The position numbers and the translations under genes are program-made. The notes under the pieces are model-generated. The model was not told the DNA's origin. It saw only the letters and a list, made by a program, of their open reading frames with translations, and searched no databases. A DNA stretch of 57,433 bases, the filler included, from Basidiobolus meristosporus CBS 931.73 (taxonomy: Eukaryota; Fungi; Basidiobolomycota): assembly GCA_002104905.1 (NCBI GenBank). It is 3 parts of 3 records of this genome, joined end to end, with 100 filler letters (N's around TTAATTAATTAA, not from the genome) between each part and the next. Parts side by side here need not be neighbours in the genome. Positions count along the whole stretch, not along the records: positions 1 to 20,106 come from MCFE01001012.1; 2 more parts are not named here. One strand, 5' to 3'. Position 1 is the stretch's first letter, and each line of letters starts with the position of its first letter. Positions 1-14,095 of the stretch are shown here, one piece after another.

Positions 1-1166
1 TTTTGATTTTCGGCTGCTCCTAGAGCCCTCGAGTTGGTCTGTGATTCTGCGGGTGGTAACTATGTTTGCTTCATGCGATAAGCAAGCATTCTGCGCTTGA
101 CTAGAACTGCGGCACATTCGTAAACGGGCAATTACCTACACATGTGAATATGGGAGTCACGTCTCAGTGGCATTGATTTGACCATGGACGCCTAGCAAGT
201 TTATGGGCCTTTTCCTTCATTCTGTGTAGCTTTGAGCTCGTTTTGTACTTCGTGGAATATTCTTGCTGTAAATTTTCAATATTTCTTAGCCTATTAGATA
301 TCATTTTCACCCTCCATGCTACTACAGTCACCTGTGCCGCTAATATATGAACCCGCATTTATGTATGGTTGGGAATATTGTGCCGGGTATTGTGTAGCTA
401 CACTGTATAGCCATAGCCTAAGCATATCCGAACAATCATTCCATAACAGCCCCCTCGTTGTACCACCCATATTGGCGTTGGGAATGAAAGGTCTATTGAG
501 ATATATTACAGCAGCGAAGGACCGGCTATGATTCCGTATCCTTAGGCCCATGACTGTTAACTAATGCTTGCTCAGAGGACGCATTTCGTTGTTATCATTG
601 CTGTAGTGGGATCCATCCACGTGCCTCACCAGTACAAGTCTGAACCTACACGAGGTTAATATCACTGCTTGTGGTGGTCATCGCTGAAGTGCATACTGGG
701 CTAAGTTCTTCATATTCATGGAACATCCTCCATGGTTATTCACGTTTGATGAGGAGAAGAAATGACTTTTGGTGAATGCTTTGATCAGTGTTTAGGAGTT
801 GCACTCATCAAAGCGATTATATGGAAGCCTCCCCATCTAGTCCGTCGGCAAAAAGCTATATTCTATTACGACGGCCCTGATTGTTTTTAAGCATTTGATT
901 TCGTAGTGCACCGGAAGTTTACAGCATCTGGTAGGAAACACACATTTTCGGCGTGAGCGTTCCAATACTGAAAATAAGTGAATTAAGGAGTCTACAACGT
1001 TTTATTTGGACAGGAGTATAATCGAAAGCCGGGTAATGGATAGGATGATGTAGAGAATTTAACTGCGTGGTTCCGAGACGGAGAACACTTAGATATGCAT
1101 GCGAGATTTTTCCCAAAGGCTAGGAGGCGGATGATTAAAATTGAGCCCTACAATGTCCAATCAGGC

Positions 1167-2487
1167 TCAGCTGTTGCCAGCCCGGGCAATGGAGGCTGCT
1201 TCTTGCATATGAAGTAGCTTGGTGTGGCTGACTTCAGTACGAAGGTCCTCTTGCTTTAATGAGATCCGATCGGAGAAATGATGGTTTGTGTCACGATGGA
1301 GTGCTTCATCAGCGCGAACTGCCAAAACAACATCGCGGATCGTAGCTGATTTTTGTAGATTCCAGTAGTCGATCGCAATTTGCGGCGCTGCTTTGTTTTC
1401 GATTCGCCCCTCGTCAATCTCCTTCAAGAACCCGGTATATGAGATGACTGCTTCTTCTTCTAAATATCCAACAATTCTTTGTACATGGAGTGAATATTCC
1501 GCAACTTTAAATTCATGTATACTAGGGCCTTACCGATGCGCGGTTCTGGGTGTGCTGAGGTAGAATAGAAAGAAGCAGTTGAAAAACACACCCTAAATGA
1601 TGGCTCTGTCAACCCAATGCCCATTCCTCACACTACAATTGTCTCTAGATGTTACCTGTACTGCTGTCACCAGCATCCTCTCGAGGAGTGTTGGCTGACA
1701 CACCTTCATCCAGGTGAGTAGATGCATTCTACATTCAGAAGTCTGGTGAGTATACAGTCAAATTGGCGTACTCATTCCTCGCGAGTTACCTCTCATTCTC
1801 TGCTTCGTGCAATAGATGGGTAATCCAGCCTAAATGACCCAACGCAATGTAAATACTCGTTCGAAGAATTCGAAACACTGCACCTACCTCCATCATGCTT
1901 CATCTTTCGAAGGCTGCGCAAGTGGCGTATCACCGCTGCAAAGAATGGGATTAACACTCATTGGGTACTCAAAGCATAAAAATCATCCTACCGCCAACCA
2001 TCCCGGGCACTGCCGCAACGGTCTCAAGAGCCTATGCAACGGATTAGATATGCTCATCCTAAGGTAAATTGCCAACACATACCACTGCCCTATGCAAATA
2101 CTTCTTTCGAAAGAATAGATCAGCGGGAATACGCAGTGATTTGACCACCGCTAATGCCACTTTGTCTCCGAAAGTAACGGGCTGGCGATGCTTAGTTAGC
2201 CCAATGTCCCACTTCTCCAGATCATCCGAGGAGAGTTGGCGTGAGACAAAATCGTTTCGAATGGGCAGAGGATGTACATCATTTAGGAGTTCCTCAGGGA
2301 TCTTGAGGAAATCCGGATTCACCATGTTTTTCTTGTCAGCATTGAAGGGCTCCAGGTGGATTCGACGGGTGTACAATGGCATTGTTCGGACCAAAGAATG
2401 TCGCAGATCAGACGATGTCAGTGCGGAGATGGCCACGCGGGCTATTGGTTTGGAGACTAACATGCGCGAGGCTTTCAGAGTGTTCAT
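1167..2487 (-). CDS. AOX1: Mitochondrial alternative oxidase, 7 exons (approx. 2487-2083, 2031-1992, 1935-1888, 1830-1790, 1728-1656, 1593-1532, 1481-1167)
   Basis: Manual splicing at GT..AG introns joins [65 protein letters not shown] and [13 protein letters not shown], the AOX di-iron carboxylate motifs. The N-terminus is basic and Ser-rich, like a presequence. Confidence 0.96.
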
Positions 2488-3893
2488 GCTTATGTTCAAT
2501 GGGTAGTAGCTTGGAGTGATGATTGACACCATGTCCCACACCTATTATATATGATTCCTGCATAATCTCCTGAGAGGAAATCAAATGTATATCGGGAGCT
2601 GCCGGGAGTATTTAGGTACACTCGACTCTTGAATCATTTGCTTTGATTACAGTATTAGCAGCCCCCCGGAAAAGGGAATCAGTCATTACAGTTATGAATA
2701 GATTAACAAATACTTCAATTTGTGAAGTAGATTAGGTTGCACAAACAAGTCATTTTTCGCTTTAACACGGCATTTGAATGTCTAATGGATCGAAGCCCGT
2801 CCTGGCTGTTACTGGTTGAGTTCAGTGTGATCAAATGATGAGCGCAACGTCAGGCTTGTAATGAGCAGTAGTGAACATCGGAAAATCAAGTCTTGCTTTA
2901 TTTGTACATTGAAGCAGTATGGTTTTTCCTTCGCTTGTATCTATTCGAAATATCCTGGGTCAATACATGGCATATGGGATCTAAATATTGTCATTGTTAT
3001 CTGAGTGTTTGTGTGCTCCATGTGGTCAACACCTTTATGACGGGACTGAGAAATGTGTGACAACGGAGCTAATGGTGAACTTAATTTGGTGCTTTTCGGA
3101 GCCAATCCCGTATTGTAAGTCAGACTGGGTGGACGATTTTCCTTACGGGCTAGTTGGTCTAGGTTTTTATGGCTATTGTATGCATAACATAATTAGTATT
3201 GCCTGGTTGTTTTCTGATCTGCCCTTCATAGATATGCTCCGGGGCCTGGTAAACAGACCGGCATACATGCCTCCAGATTAGCAGCAGACGGACGTGAGTA
3301 GAATGTAACTCCAGCCGGATACTGGAGTTCACACCGAAATGATGTATAGCGATGTCTACAAGTTCAAACTGCACAACCTTTTTCTTATTTTGAAGCATCG
3401 ATATAACTAACTCCTCCAAAGCCAGGCAAAATTGGAATCGAGACTTATGATTAATGAAATGATGAGCATTTTATGTACAGCAATTGCTAGGAAAATCGCC
3501 AGGGTCCATTGATTAGGGTCCTTCTCCGACAAGACGTGGAGTTGTTGAAGGACAATGAGTCTTTGGCCATTGGGGAGTCGGCGATTTTACCCACAAACTT
3601 GGCCTGGACCTTTTGAAGAACTCCATCCGTACCTGGATTTGATTCGGCAAGCAAAGCTCGCTTGCTAGCAATATTCCTTTGCGCCCTCAAGCTTTTCTAC
3701 ACTCTTCAAGTCAGTAGCACCACCTTCGATATAGCATCAATTGTTTTGAACCCCTCTGCCACACTGACAATAAATTATTGGTAACTTCGCTACATCGAGA
3801 ATTCCTTGTGTTATTTTTCTTACTGTTGTACATTTAGGATCAGCCTATTCCAATACCGCAGGCCTACTGCAACGTTCTGACGCCCCGACCCGA

Positions 3894-5743
3894 CTACCTA
3901 CGATCGGGAAACGCCTTTTCCGTGATTGACCACAGAGTAAGCTCCTCGACCAACACCTCCTCCCCCTTGGCCAAGTTCAATGAGATCTGAGTTGAATGAG
4001 GTTGTGTAGGGTAGACGCGAGTAGTAAGTGCAAACCGATCATTTGCGAACACCTCTATGATCGAATTGTCAACAAACACCCGTAAATCCAATCTCTCTAG
4101 ACCGCCCGAGGTGTTGAACAGCGGGAACTCACCCCACTGAGTTGTAGAGGAGTAACGTGGATCTAACGAGGATTTACTCCGGTCAATTGTGATATTTGAA
4201 GTAACAGGGTCGTAGATGATAACTGTTTCCTCACTGCCATCTTCCGACTGCATCAAGGTAAAGCCCGCTTGGGCAGTTGGATCATGCGAGTAATCAAAAA
4301 CTGCGCGTATTTCGTAGCTGCGCTTACCAGCAGTGAGATGTGAGGTGCTTCTTCCTTCCAAAGAAGCCGTAAGTTTGAAATCAACAAGCTGCACTTCAAC
4401 TTTATCTCTAACATGTTCGAGCTCCCTGATTGGTCTTATCCCCAACGTTGTGACACTATGGGTCTCCTGGCCATTATCTGGGACGAACTTCATACTTCCT
4501 GTAAAGTTCGTTAAGTGGTCCGTAAGCAGGATCCCAGGCTTCTTGAAGAGAAATAATTCCCGGGGCACGGTGAGCATACCGGCCCAACCTTGGGCTCTAC
4601 GAACCTCATCATTCTCCGAGTCATCTTCGGTAACCCAGCCCCAGACGATTCTCTGATTCGTCGCGACATCGTAGAAAGAGTTATCGGCATAATCAATTCC
4701 GTTGTCGAGGATCCCAGTGATTTCGGGGATGAATTGGATATCGCTAGACTCGACACGCCCCAGGGACCAGGCTGGCCAACGGATGGTATTATAGACGCTG
4801 TTCCCTTCAACCCCAATGATAGTGGCGTGCCATTCATCAGGGTCGTTAGGTGAATGGTCTGCTTCCTCCTCGTTTAGAACAAAATAGTTGGACATTTCCC
4901 AGTTGTAGCCAAAGGTGTAGTCGGAATACTGGTTTAGACGCTGGTCCCCAGTGGCTTCGTAGAAGGGAGTAGGGAATAACTCCCAATTGATCCAATCCTG
5001 TGATTTGTAAAGCCAAAGCCTGCCACCCTTTGTGGAGGAATTCGTGCCCCCACTGATAGTCATGTATATGTACTCTGAGGTGGCGCTGCCGTTGGATAAT
5101 AGCGCGTCGAAGGTTGAGCTGCGAAACAGATAGGGATCTCTAAAGCCAGTTCGATTGGTGTCAGGTGGGGTAGGAATGACCACCCCTAGCTTTTTCCAAG
5201 TGCTGCCATTATCTTCGGAATACGCTAGTGCCTGCTGCTCTGCATCCAAGGGATATGAAATCTTCCAAGAAATAGGGAGCTTTGACACGGCTGTGTAGGC
5301 AACGGTTGGCTTCCCTTGGTAGCCTTGAGTTATTCCGCTTCCAGAGAATATCGCAAGATGGTCGTAGGGCTGGTCAGGCACCAGTGCATTGCTTTCGTCC
5401 TTCCAATGAATCAAGTCGTTCGAAGAAGCGTGTCCCCAGGTGATGTTTCCCCAAAAAGGATCGTAGGGATTGTATTGGTAGAAGAGATGGTATTTTCCAT
5501 CCGGGGTCTTCATTGGCGCGCAAGGATCATTCATCCAATTTTTAGGTGGCTGAAAGTGGTAGAGCGGTCTATATGAAGATCTATTAGAGTAATTGAACTG
5601 CTAAGTGCACGCAGATCTACTGACCGATATTTCCAGAACTCGGGAGAACCTGGTTCACTCTGGGCCCCAACGTCGGTGGTCAACGTTAAAGAGACCGCTC
5701 GTGCGAGAATTAGTAAATACGATGTCCAGTGCCTGAAACACAT
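3894..5743 (-). CDS. Secreted GH32 beta-fructofuranosidase (invertase/inulinase family), 2 exons (intron 5624-5569)
   Basis: Spliced product reads YRPLYHFQPPKNWMNDP (nucleophile motif), FRDPY, GYNWEMSNYF (acid/base Glu) and a C-terminal beta-sandwich (LRVFVDNSIIEVFANDRFALTTRVYP). Exon 1 encodes a hydrophobic signal-peptide-like N-terminus. Confidence 0.93.
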
Positions 5744-6572
5744 GTTGTGGTGTTCGCAAGCTGCTGGCTGAGCCTTATATAGATATACCTTGATGTTTCC
5801 ATGTGACCCTTCACAATCCTGAAGAGGTGAAACACTGACGTGAGATGAAAGGCCCACCATATGCGTAGAATTTCCATGGTGACATATCCTAAAGCACACC
5901 TCTATTGGATCTGGCACTTTACCATTGACACAACAGAGACCAGTGATTGCCAATGTTTCGGGTGAAAGTTACCAGTCCACTGGGTCAGAGTAGAACTGAG
6001 CATCGCACTGGGCTTAGCCTGTCGAGTAATCAGCCCAAAGCACCTAGATCAGTTGGCTCTGCGCCTTCATCCGAGCATGAGTTCATTCACCTTGATGCTG
6101 TTGCACTGGAATCTCGGCCGTATCAGAACAAAGCTATGTCCTCGGATAACCTACACACGGTTGATCCACTCATTATAGATTATGGGCCTCGATGCCATGT
6201 TTATGTAATCACGAGGCTAGGGCTGATCTGATTGGAAGGATCTCGTTGACCTACATTTGACGTATCCATCAGATGGTGTAGGAAACGATCTCCCTCGGTG
6301 ATAATCATCTATGCTTAAGAACGTGTTGGTATTCATCCAAACAGCGATTAGTTTGCTATGACGCCATTTGCACGTGTACCCAGAGAATGCCATTCACTTG
6401 GAGCAAACGCACACTGAATATCTGTAGTATTTGATGTTAATCATTTAATCATTATATCAAAAATACAAGTTTGTGTAGTAGGTAGAAAATGGGGGAATGA
6501 AGGAAGGTAGGGTGATTTTCCATCCACCACAGAGATGACAACTTGGGAGTCACTATCTTACAAAATCAACGT

Positions 6573-9167
6573 TTAAGGAAGGCGGCAAGGCTTGATGTTC
6601 CAGATGGAATCGGCATACTCCTTAATGGCACGGTCAGAAGAGAACTTGGCCATACCAGCAGTGCACATGATGGACATCTTGGCCCAGGCCTCAGTATTCT
6701 TGTAGGCTTCGTCAACCTTGGCTTGAGCTTCCAAGTATCTGGGGAAGTCCACAGACACGAGGTAGACATCACCACCGTTCTGGAGAGTGTACAACAAAGG
6801 TGCGAACACATTTGGATCACCGAAGACACCAGAGTAGATAACATCAAGGACCTTCTGGAGTTGAGGATCCATGGCGAGGTTGCGATATCTCATGGCGTGT
6901 CTGTAGTCGTCAACTTCGTGAGTGAGGACACCGAAGGTGAAGATGTTCTCATCACCAATCTCTTCGTTGATTTCAACGTTGGCGCCATCTACGGTACCCA
7001 AAATAACACCACCGTTCAAGACGAACTTCATGTTAGAGGTACCGGAAGCCTCAGTACCAGCAGTTGAGATATGTTGGGAAATATCACTGGCAGGGATGAT
7101 GACTTCAGCAATGGAAACGTTGTAATCAGGGATGAACACGACCTTGAGCAAATCGCCAATCTCCTTGTCAGCATTAACCACATCGGCCACACTGTTGATA
7201 AGCTTGATAACCAACTTGGCAACGTAGTAACCAGGGGCAGCCTTACCACCGAAGATAACCACTCTGGGGACTTGCTTCTCTCTTTCAGCGGGGCTCATGG
7301 CCTTGAGGCTGGAGTAGCGATGAATGACACTCAAAATGTTCATGTATTGGCGCTTGTACTCGTGAATACGCTTAACTTGAACATCGAACATAGCCTCGGG
7401 GTTGACCTTAACACCGCAACGCTCTTCAATATGCTTGGCCAAGCGCACCTTGTTGCTCTTCTTGACATCCATCCATTCCTTGTGGAAATCCTTGTCATCA
7501 GCGAACTCCTTAAGTTTGGCGAGTTCGGTGAGGTGGGTGGTCCACTTGTCGTTGCCGAGCTTCTTGGTGATAAGGTCACTAAGGCCGGGGTTACATTGAT
7601 GGAGCCATCTTCTGGGAGTGACACCGTTGGTCTTGTTCTCGAATTTGGCGGCACCATAGAAATCGACGAAGTCCTTGAAAATGGTCTTTTGAATCAAGTC
7701 GGAATGCAAGGCAGCGACACCGTTGACACGATGGGAACCAACAATAGCCAAATGGGCCATTCTAACATTCTGAGGGCTGGATTCCTCAATGATAGAGATG
7801 CGGTTCAAAAGATCACGATCTCCGGGGAAGCTCTTCTCGACAGATTGAAGGAAGTACAAGTTGATGTCGTAAATGATCATCATATGTCTGGGCAAAACGT
7901 GCTCCAACATAGGAACAGACCACTTCTCCATGGCTTCGGGAAGGATGGTATGGTTAGTGAAAGCGTATGTGCGGCTAACAATATCCCAGGCAGCATCCCA
8001 TTCAAGACCCTCCTCATCGATAAGAAGACGTTGCAACTCTGGGATACCAAGAGTAGGATGGGTATCGTTAAGTTGGATAGCAACTTGCTCGGGGAACTCC
8101 TTCCAGGGGCGCTTGGTCTTCTTGAAACGACGAATGATATCGTGGAGGGTAGCGCAGACGAAGAAGTACTCTTGCTTGAGACGAAGCTCCTTGCCGACCA
8201 TATGGTTATCGTTGGGGTAGAGGACGGAGGTGATGTTCTCGGCGGACTTTTGCTCACCGACCGATTTGTCGTAGTTACCTTCGTTGAAGCTCTCGAGATC
8301 GAAGCTCTTCTTAGGCTTGCTGCTCCAGAGACGGATGTTGATACAGTTCTTGGTGTCGTAACCAGGAATGGGGACATCGTAGGCAACGGCTTGGACAATC
8401 TGTCCACCCTCCCAGGTGTACTTGGCCTTGCCAGCGCTGTCGTAGTTCTTGTCTACATAACCGTAGAAACGGACTTCGACGGAGATATCGAGGCGTGGGA
8501 GTTCCCAGGGATTACCGAAATTGAGCCAGTAATCAGGGACCTCGGTTTGGAATCCGTCGACAATCTTCTGTTGGAACATGCCGTAGTTGTAACGGATACC
8601 GTAACCCCAGGCAGGATAATCCAAGGTGGCCAATGAGTCCATATAACAGGCGGCAAGACGGCCGAGACCACCGTTACCGAGGGCGGCATCCTTCTCTTCA
8701 TCAATGAGATCCTCCATGGTGAAACCAAGTTGCTTGACACCCTCGTTGTATTTCTCCTTGAGGCCAAGAGCCAACAAAGCGTTGTCCAATGAACGGCCAA
8801 TCAAGAACTCCATGGAGAGGTAGTAGACTCGCTTGGGATCATTTGAGGTATGGTATTCCTGGGTCTCGTTCCAGCGCTTGATCAATCTGTCACGAACAGA
8901 GTAGGCGGTAGCAAGATACCCAGCGAAGTCATCGACATTGTATGGAGTTCTAGCTAGGGTGGTGGCCATGTGACGAGCAATGGCAGTTTGAATGGCAGTG
9001 ATGTCATTCTCACTCTTCTCCATCAATTCATTCCAAAGTTTGCTCTCCTCGTCAGTAAACTTCTTTCTATGGTCCTCATACTTGCCAGTAAGGACGGGAA
9101 GAGGAAGTACAGTGGAACTTCTTCTTCTGGGTCTAGGTCTTTCAGGGGTACCGCCGTTCATATTCAC
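6573..9167 (-). CDS. GPH1: Glycogen phosphorylase (GT35), intronless, 864 aa
   Basis: [40 protein letters not shown] and the PLP-lysine motif [10 protein letters not shown] are all present in one ORF. Confidence 0.98.
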   Translation of the reverse strand: MNMNGGTPERPRPRRRSSTVLPLPVLTGKYEDHRKKFTDEESKLWNELMEKSENDITAIQTAIARHMATTLARTPYNVDDFAGYLATAYSVRDRLIKRWNETQEYHTSNDPKRVYYLSMEFLIGRSLDNALLALGLKEKYNEGVKQLGFTMEDLIDEEKDAALGNGGLGRLAACYMDSLATLDYPAWGYGIRYNYGMFQQKIVDGFQTEVPDYWLNFGNPWELPRLDISVEVRFYGYVDKNYDSAGKAKYTWEGGQIVQAVAYDVPIPGYDTKNCINIRLWSSKPKKSFDLESFNEGNYDKSVGEQKSAENITSVLYPNDNHMVGKELRLKQEYFFVCATLHDIIRRFKKTKRPWKEFPEQVAIQLNDTHPTLGIPELQRLLIDEEGLEWDAAWDIVSRTYAFTNHTILPEAMEKWSVPMLEHVLPRHMMIIYDINLYFLQSVEKSFPGDRDLLNRISIIEESSPQNVRMAHLAIVGSHRVNGVAALHSDLIQKTIFKDFVDFYGAAKFENKTNGVTPRRWLHQCNPGLSDLITKKLGNDKWTTHLTELAKLKEFADDKDFHKEWMDVKKSNKVRLAKHIEERCGVKVNPEAMFDVQVKRIHEYKRQYMNILSVIHRYSSLKAMSPAEREKQVPRVVIFGGKAAPGYYVAKLVIKLINSVADVVNADKEIGDLLKVVFIPDYNVSIAEVIIPASDISQHISTAGTEASGTSNMKFVLNGGVILGTVDGANVEINEEIGDENIFTFGVLTHEVDDYRHAMRYRNLAMDPQLQKVLDVIYSGVFGDPNVFAPLLYTLQNGGDVYLVSVDFPRYLEAQAKVDEAYKNTEAWAKMSIMCTAGMAKFSSDRAIKEYADSIWNIKPCRLP

Positions 9168-12100
9168 AGGTGAGAAATAGGTGAGGGAGAGAATAGGGCG
9201 GAGGTGATTTCTGAGTTCTCACCTTCCAGCAAGAGGGTTTATATACAACCGGTGCGTACGTCAAACAAACCATGGTTGATCTAATCGGGATTTCCACGAA
9301 CTGCCAATCAGCAGGGGAGGGCTATCCTATGATGGATTCAATTCAGCCGTTTTGAGCCAGCATAATTCATTCATGTGTAATCCATTAAACCAATAACAAT
9401 ATACATCCATTCAATTGGCATCCGTAGACCGCTGGAGTCCTATCATTGAGTCTTGAGAACTTCATCCAACTTCTAACCAAATCGATTCATGGGCGATAAA
9501 CAACCATTATCTATTACGTAACCGCCGAATGGAACGCAACGATAAGCGGAGATATGCAGCGCTTGGTGGGTTCCTTTTGGAGCCACCGCCAGGTGAAGGT
9601 CGGGTCTGTCCGAGCGAGGGATAAAGTTGGACCCTTAGATTTGCAGCATAGCCGGCGCACCATGCACACTCAGCAACCGGTGGCAATGCCCCAATGAGAA
9701 CACCAGCGCGCCCCTCTCAGGCAGGATGTCGTTCTGATCTTCCACGCTGCTCGAAATGGACACCACAACAACAGTAGCTCTTTATCGATCAGGATCATTA
9801 TCGATCGTCCCGCAAATATTTCCCTGTCTCGACCCAGTTTGTGCTCGTCTGAATGATTGGATCCAAGTGCCACATTTCTATGTGCGGAAATTACCAGTCT
9901 AACACCAACACAGCCACCCTCAGGATAACCAAGATTGCGCAGGGGGATGGTGCTGATTGGGGTTGAATCCCAACAACTCCGTCAGTCCACTTCAAGATTA
10001 TTGGGTGCAAGAGGCAGGCTTCTGGATACAATCAAGGCACTCTACGCAGTGGCTTAAGATCAGATTGTATGTTTAGATCGGTGCTACCAGCAGGACGTAT
10101 GCGACTCCAGAATGTCGTTGCTCCTGGTGAATACGCAACCAAGGAAGGGGCGTGTGCCTTGCTGCCGAGCTGGATCGTGCTGGAAATAGATCATCCGACT
10201 GGTGAGGGGCAGCGGATAGCTTGCCCGGGAAAGTCACGCTCGAATGAACCTTGCTTGATGACAGGGTAGATTTAGCCATAACGTTCAATTCCGCTTACGT
10301 AGTTTAGATCAATCATTTAGCCCACCCACCGGTGTTAGTAACTCGCATAAACTTTTTTATCGGATCTCCCCAAAATCCCATTTTAGCCACGTAGTGAGAG
10401 ACGGGGGATTCGGTGGGTACCACAGATCTGGCAGACGGAGCAAGAGCTGGAAAAAAGGGTTTAAGCATAAAAACGAATGGTGGACGGCCGACGAGCTGCT
10501 GGCCGCGGACTTGGCTGACCTGAGGCCATCGGAGTGTGCTGGGAATGAAGGGAGTAGGATGAACCGGGCTTCGATCCCTCTCACCGTCGCCGTCGGTTAG
10601 AAAACCCATATCACTGATTTAGAATCCTCGCATTAGTCGAGATTAACAGGAATAGTATCATTGTTTCAAAACAGCAATTTCCCGTGCGGTGGTCGCGTTA
10701 TCAACAGTAATTTAAACCCAGTCCCAAGAGTGGATCTATCTTTTATGCCGGGCACCTGGTGCGATTAACTCAGTCTAGTTATATTGAATGGTTCCTGAGA
10801 ATCACCAACAATCGCTTACTACATTATATTAATTAATTCCCAAGTGACAGCAGAGACGTTGATGCCAAGCCCATAATAGGAATTTCCAGATTTCTAGATC
10901 TTGTTGATTAGGAATAAATCTGGGTTCAAGCATCCCCAGATACCTGCGAGAACCGCTCCGGATACCCATGGACTCCAATCCCTAACAGTAGTCTTGGTCC
11001 TGGCACTTCGTATTTTCCTGGCCGATGCTTCGATAGTGGAGTCTAGTAACTGCCTCCCTTAATCTGTCTGTTCGGCCAATATTTGGCAGTAGTAGTTAGC
11101 GGGATATTGATACCCTGGGCCTTTTCCTTTGTAGTTGATTTACCATATCAGCAGCTCTCCTCCGGGGGTAGTGTCATGTCGAATGTGATTGCGCCCCACA
11201 GCCATACTTGTCTAGTAATGAATGGCTATGGATAAAATTTGTGGTGTGGTGAGAGGGGCGAAATATTCAAGATTCTATACACATTGATTATCCTGATCCC
11301 TTAGGGTTAGGGTTTGTACACGATCAATAACAGCCCACATTGGAGTCCCCATTATTGCTGCTACCTATTGCATACATTCTATTATTGTTGACGAACTGGA
11401 GTAGACATATGTCATAACTAGGACGCATTTGGAATATCATAATAATAGCGATTGTTATAGATGCTGATGCTAGTCAACTCAAGATATATAAGATATGACC
11501 CTTGTTGTGGCAGTAGGTGATGAGATCAAGGAAGTTGGCGTAAACTTCAGGATGCGTATTGAAATGGCAAATTATGCAATGCTCAAGTATAATAGGAATC
11601 CGATGATGTTAGTAAGTGAGGGGGGACATTGATCCTTAATCCTAAGCGCAGCCTACACGCTTGGTTTTGGCCTCTCCATCTGTGCAATTTGGTGAACGTT
11701 TGTTGACTCTTCTTTAGTCTAGGGACGCCGTTGGAATGAGTTGTTAAACAGTGATCTGAGGGAAACTCCTCGAATGCAACGCCAATGTGCGGCAAGTCAA
11801 ACCAAGCAGCATACCCCATAATATAGTCTTTCCACCAGGACTTGTAGCCAATTCAAGGTTTCAGAGGAGAAATGTGTTTCCGCTCTTTTTGTCAGATTAG
11901 CTGGAATTCTAATGGTACTCCGGACGGTACACAAGGGTATATTACATGCCAAATTTGAATACGATCTACTTTTTGGCCTGAAACGTTTCAGAATGGCACT
12001 GATGTTTGTCATAGCCTTTGCTATATGGATGGCTGCCGTTACAGATCAGATTATTTTTGGATGGTGGTTCAGATAGAGTTAATGTTCAATTAGGTTTCGT

Positions 12101-12197
12101 GGTTGCACGGTGCAACCTTTCGGGATTGTTTATGGATTTGCAAATCATCAATCAGGACGTTGCTTCTTCTTTATATCTATATAAACATCTAGAATGA

Positions 12198-13447
12198 ATG
12201 GCTCCTACCATAGAAGCTTTGCCCCGCCAACATCAACATATGTACAGTTCCTTCACATATCTGCTATATTTTCTAGGGTGCACTGCGTTGGCCTTGGCCA
12301 AGTCTGCAGCAAAGGGTAACGTAGTGGCGTGTTTGGGTTTACGCAGAAAGGGCTAAATAAGCTTTTATAGACGAGAGCTTTCGTTATGGCGGACAAAGCA
12401 AAGAAGAATATTGCTCCCAGGTCGATGCGGGGGAATATGATGTAAAGCAACATGTCATCGGGAGTGTGGCAGTGTTGTTAACGAGTATCGTTGGTGTCTT
12501 CCTACCGTTTTTCTTGATCAAAGTGTTCAAAATCGGGGTTGACTCTTTCCCGATAAACCTTGGAAGGCATTTCGGGACTGGAGTGGTGATTTCCACCGGG
12601 TAAGACATTGCCAAGCATGTTTACCACCACCAGGAGCTTAACAATTAGTTGCAGTTTTGTCCATATGATGCCAGAAGCTATCATTAGCTTGACCCACGTA
12701 TGTCAATCCGACTTCTTCCATCAATATCCTCCGCTGGCCGGTGCTATTGCTATGTGTGCCGCTTTGATAAACCAGCTGCTTGAATACCTAGTAAGCGATA
12801 TGACGGAGAAGTCCTGTTCTACCAACGAGGAGAAAGCTGTCGAGTATGCTCACGTCAGCCATCACAACAATACACAGCCAAATCCACACGGTCATGGTTA
12901 TTCACATGGAGGGATTCATTCTCATAGCGCAGCACCGGCAGAGATAGAGGGTGTAAGCCTGAGACGTAGAAAACTATCCACTTACATGTTGGAATTTGGG
13001 ATCTGGCTACACTCCGTTCCAATTGGCATCACCTTGGGAGTGACCACCGGAGATCAGTTTAAAACGCTTCTAGCGGCCTTGATATTTCATCAGATGTTCG
13101 AAGGGATCGGCTTAGGTGCGCGCATCTACGAACTGGATAGCCGGAAGCTCATGGTGCCTCTTTTGAACGGCCTGGCCTACGCATTCATGGCACCTTTTGG
13201 GGCGTTCATCGGGATTTTGATTCGAAACTCCTACAAAGCCAATGATCCCCACACGTTGATTGTAGAGGGGGTTTTTAACGCGATCTCCGGCGGGATACTG
13301 ATCTACATGGCATTGGTGAATCTGATCTCCATGGATTTCACGTTTAGTCCCCAATTTAAGGCGGAGAAGAGACTGCGCAAAATCGTCTATTTCATTGCGA
13401 TGTATGCTGGTGCCATTTGCATGTCGATCATTGGGACTTGGACGTAG
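12198..13447 (+). CDS. ZIP-family (Zrt/Irt) zinc/iron permease, 3 exons; start at 12198 or 12240
   Basis: Splicing gives GRHFGTGVVISTGFVHMMPEA, a His-rich loop (HGHGYSHGGIHSH), LEFGIWLHSVPIG and FHQMFEGIGLG, which are ZIP TM4/TM5 signatures. Confidence 0.93.
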
Positions 13448-14095
13448 AGTTGGAAGGAAAGCGGCGGCCAGAAATCCCATATCTCATCCTTCCCTATGAC
13501 AAGAGGTAAAAGTTTGTTCCTAGGCGATCGCGTACATAGCTTAGCCCCACCCACTAGCCTGGTCATCGAACCCCCATTAGCAATAGATGTCTATATTAGC
13601 ACGTGTATAACTAGTGCTAATTCTGTCGACTTGCGGTCAACGTCTACAACGGAATAAATAGCTGTCACCTGGCTGTTATACTCTCACTCCTGCTGAACCA
13701 GATCGATCAGCTCTTTCTTGTACTGCAAAAACATATGTAGCAGTTGGATACTTTGCATACCATCGATGCTCTGTTCTAAGCCACCAACGACTTGGCCGGT
13801 TGATAGTCCAGAAACATTCTAAAGATTGCCGAATGTTAATGCCAGAGCATTAACTGACATGGTCCTGGAAGAGGTTTCGGATTGGCTGAAAATCAAAATG
13901 AAAATTATCCGGAATCGTGTCATACCGGGTCTTTCAAAATGCGATGGTTTTTATCCATTCAGTTGTGACTCTGAAGCCACCTCTGTATTTTAGGCTCGCA
14001 CTTGCCGGGTCATATATGATCGTGGTGGATGATGGAATGCATATCTGGACTGGTTATCCACAGTGTACACCAATCTTCCCAACTCCCTCCCGACA

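Noticed and set aside
164-830. Minus-strand gene fragment (PFIPNANMGG...LWNDCSD...YINAGSYISG)
   Set aside because: Protein-like, but with in-frame stops and no family I can name confidently.
3100-3720. YQAPE (kinase-like) and AIAVHK (ZIP-like) motifs
   Set aside because: Isolated short matches in different frames with no supporting domain context.
6543-8992. Long antisense ORFs over GPH1 (e.g. 7071-8636, 521 aa) and similar ones over GH32 and PHO84
   Set aside because: Shadow ORFs caused by the strong codon bias of the real genes.
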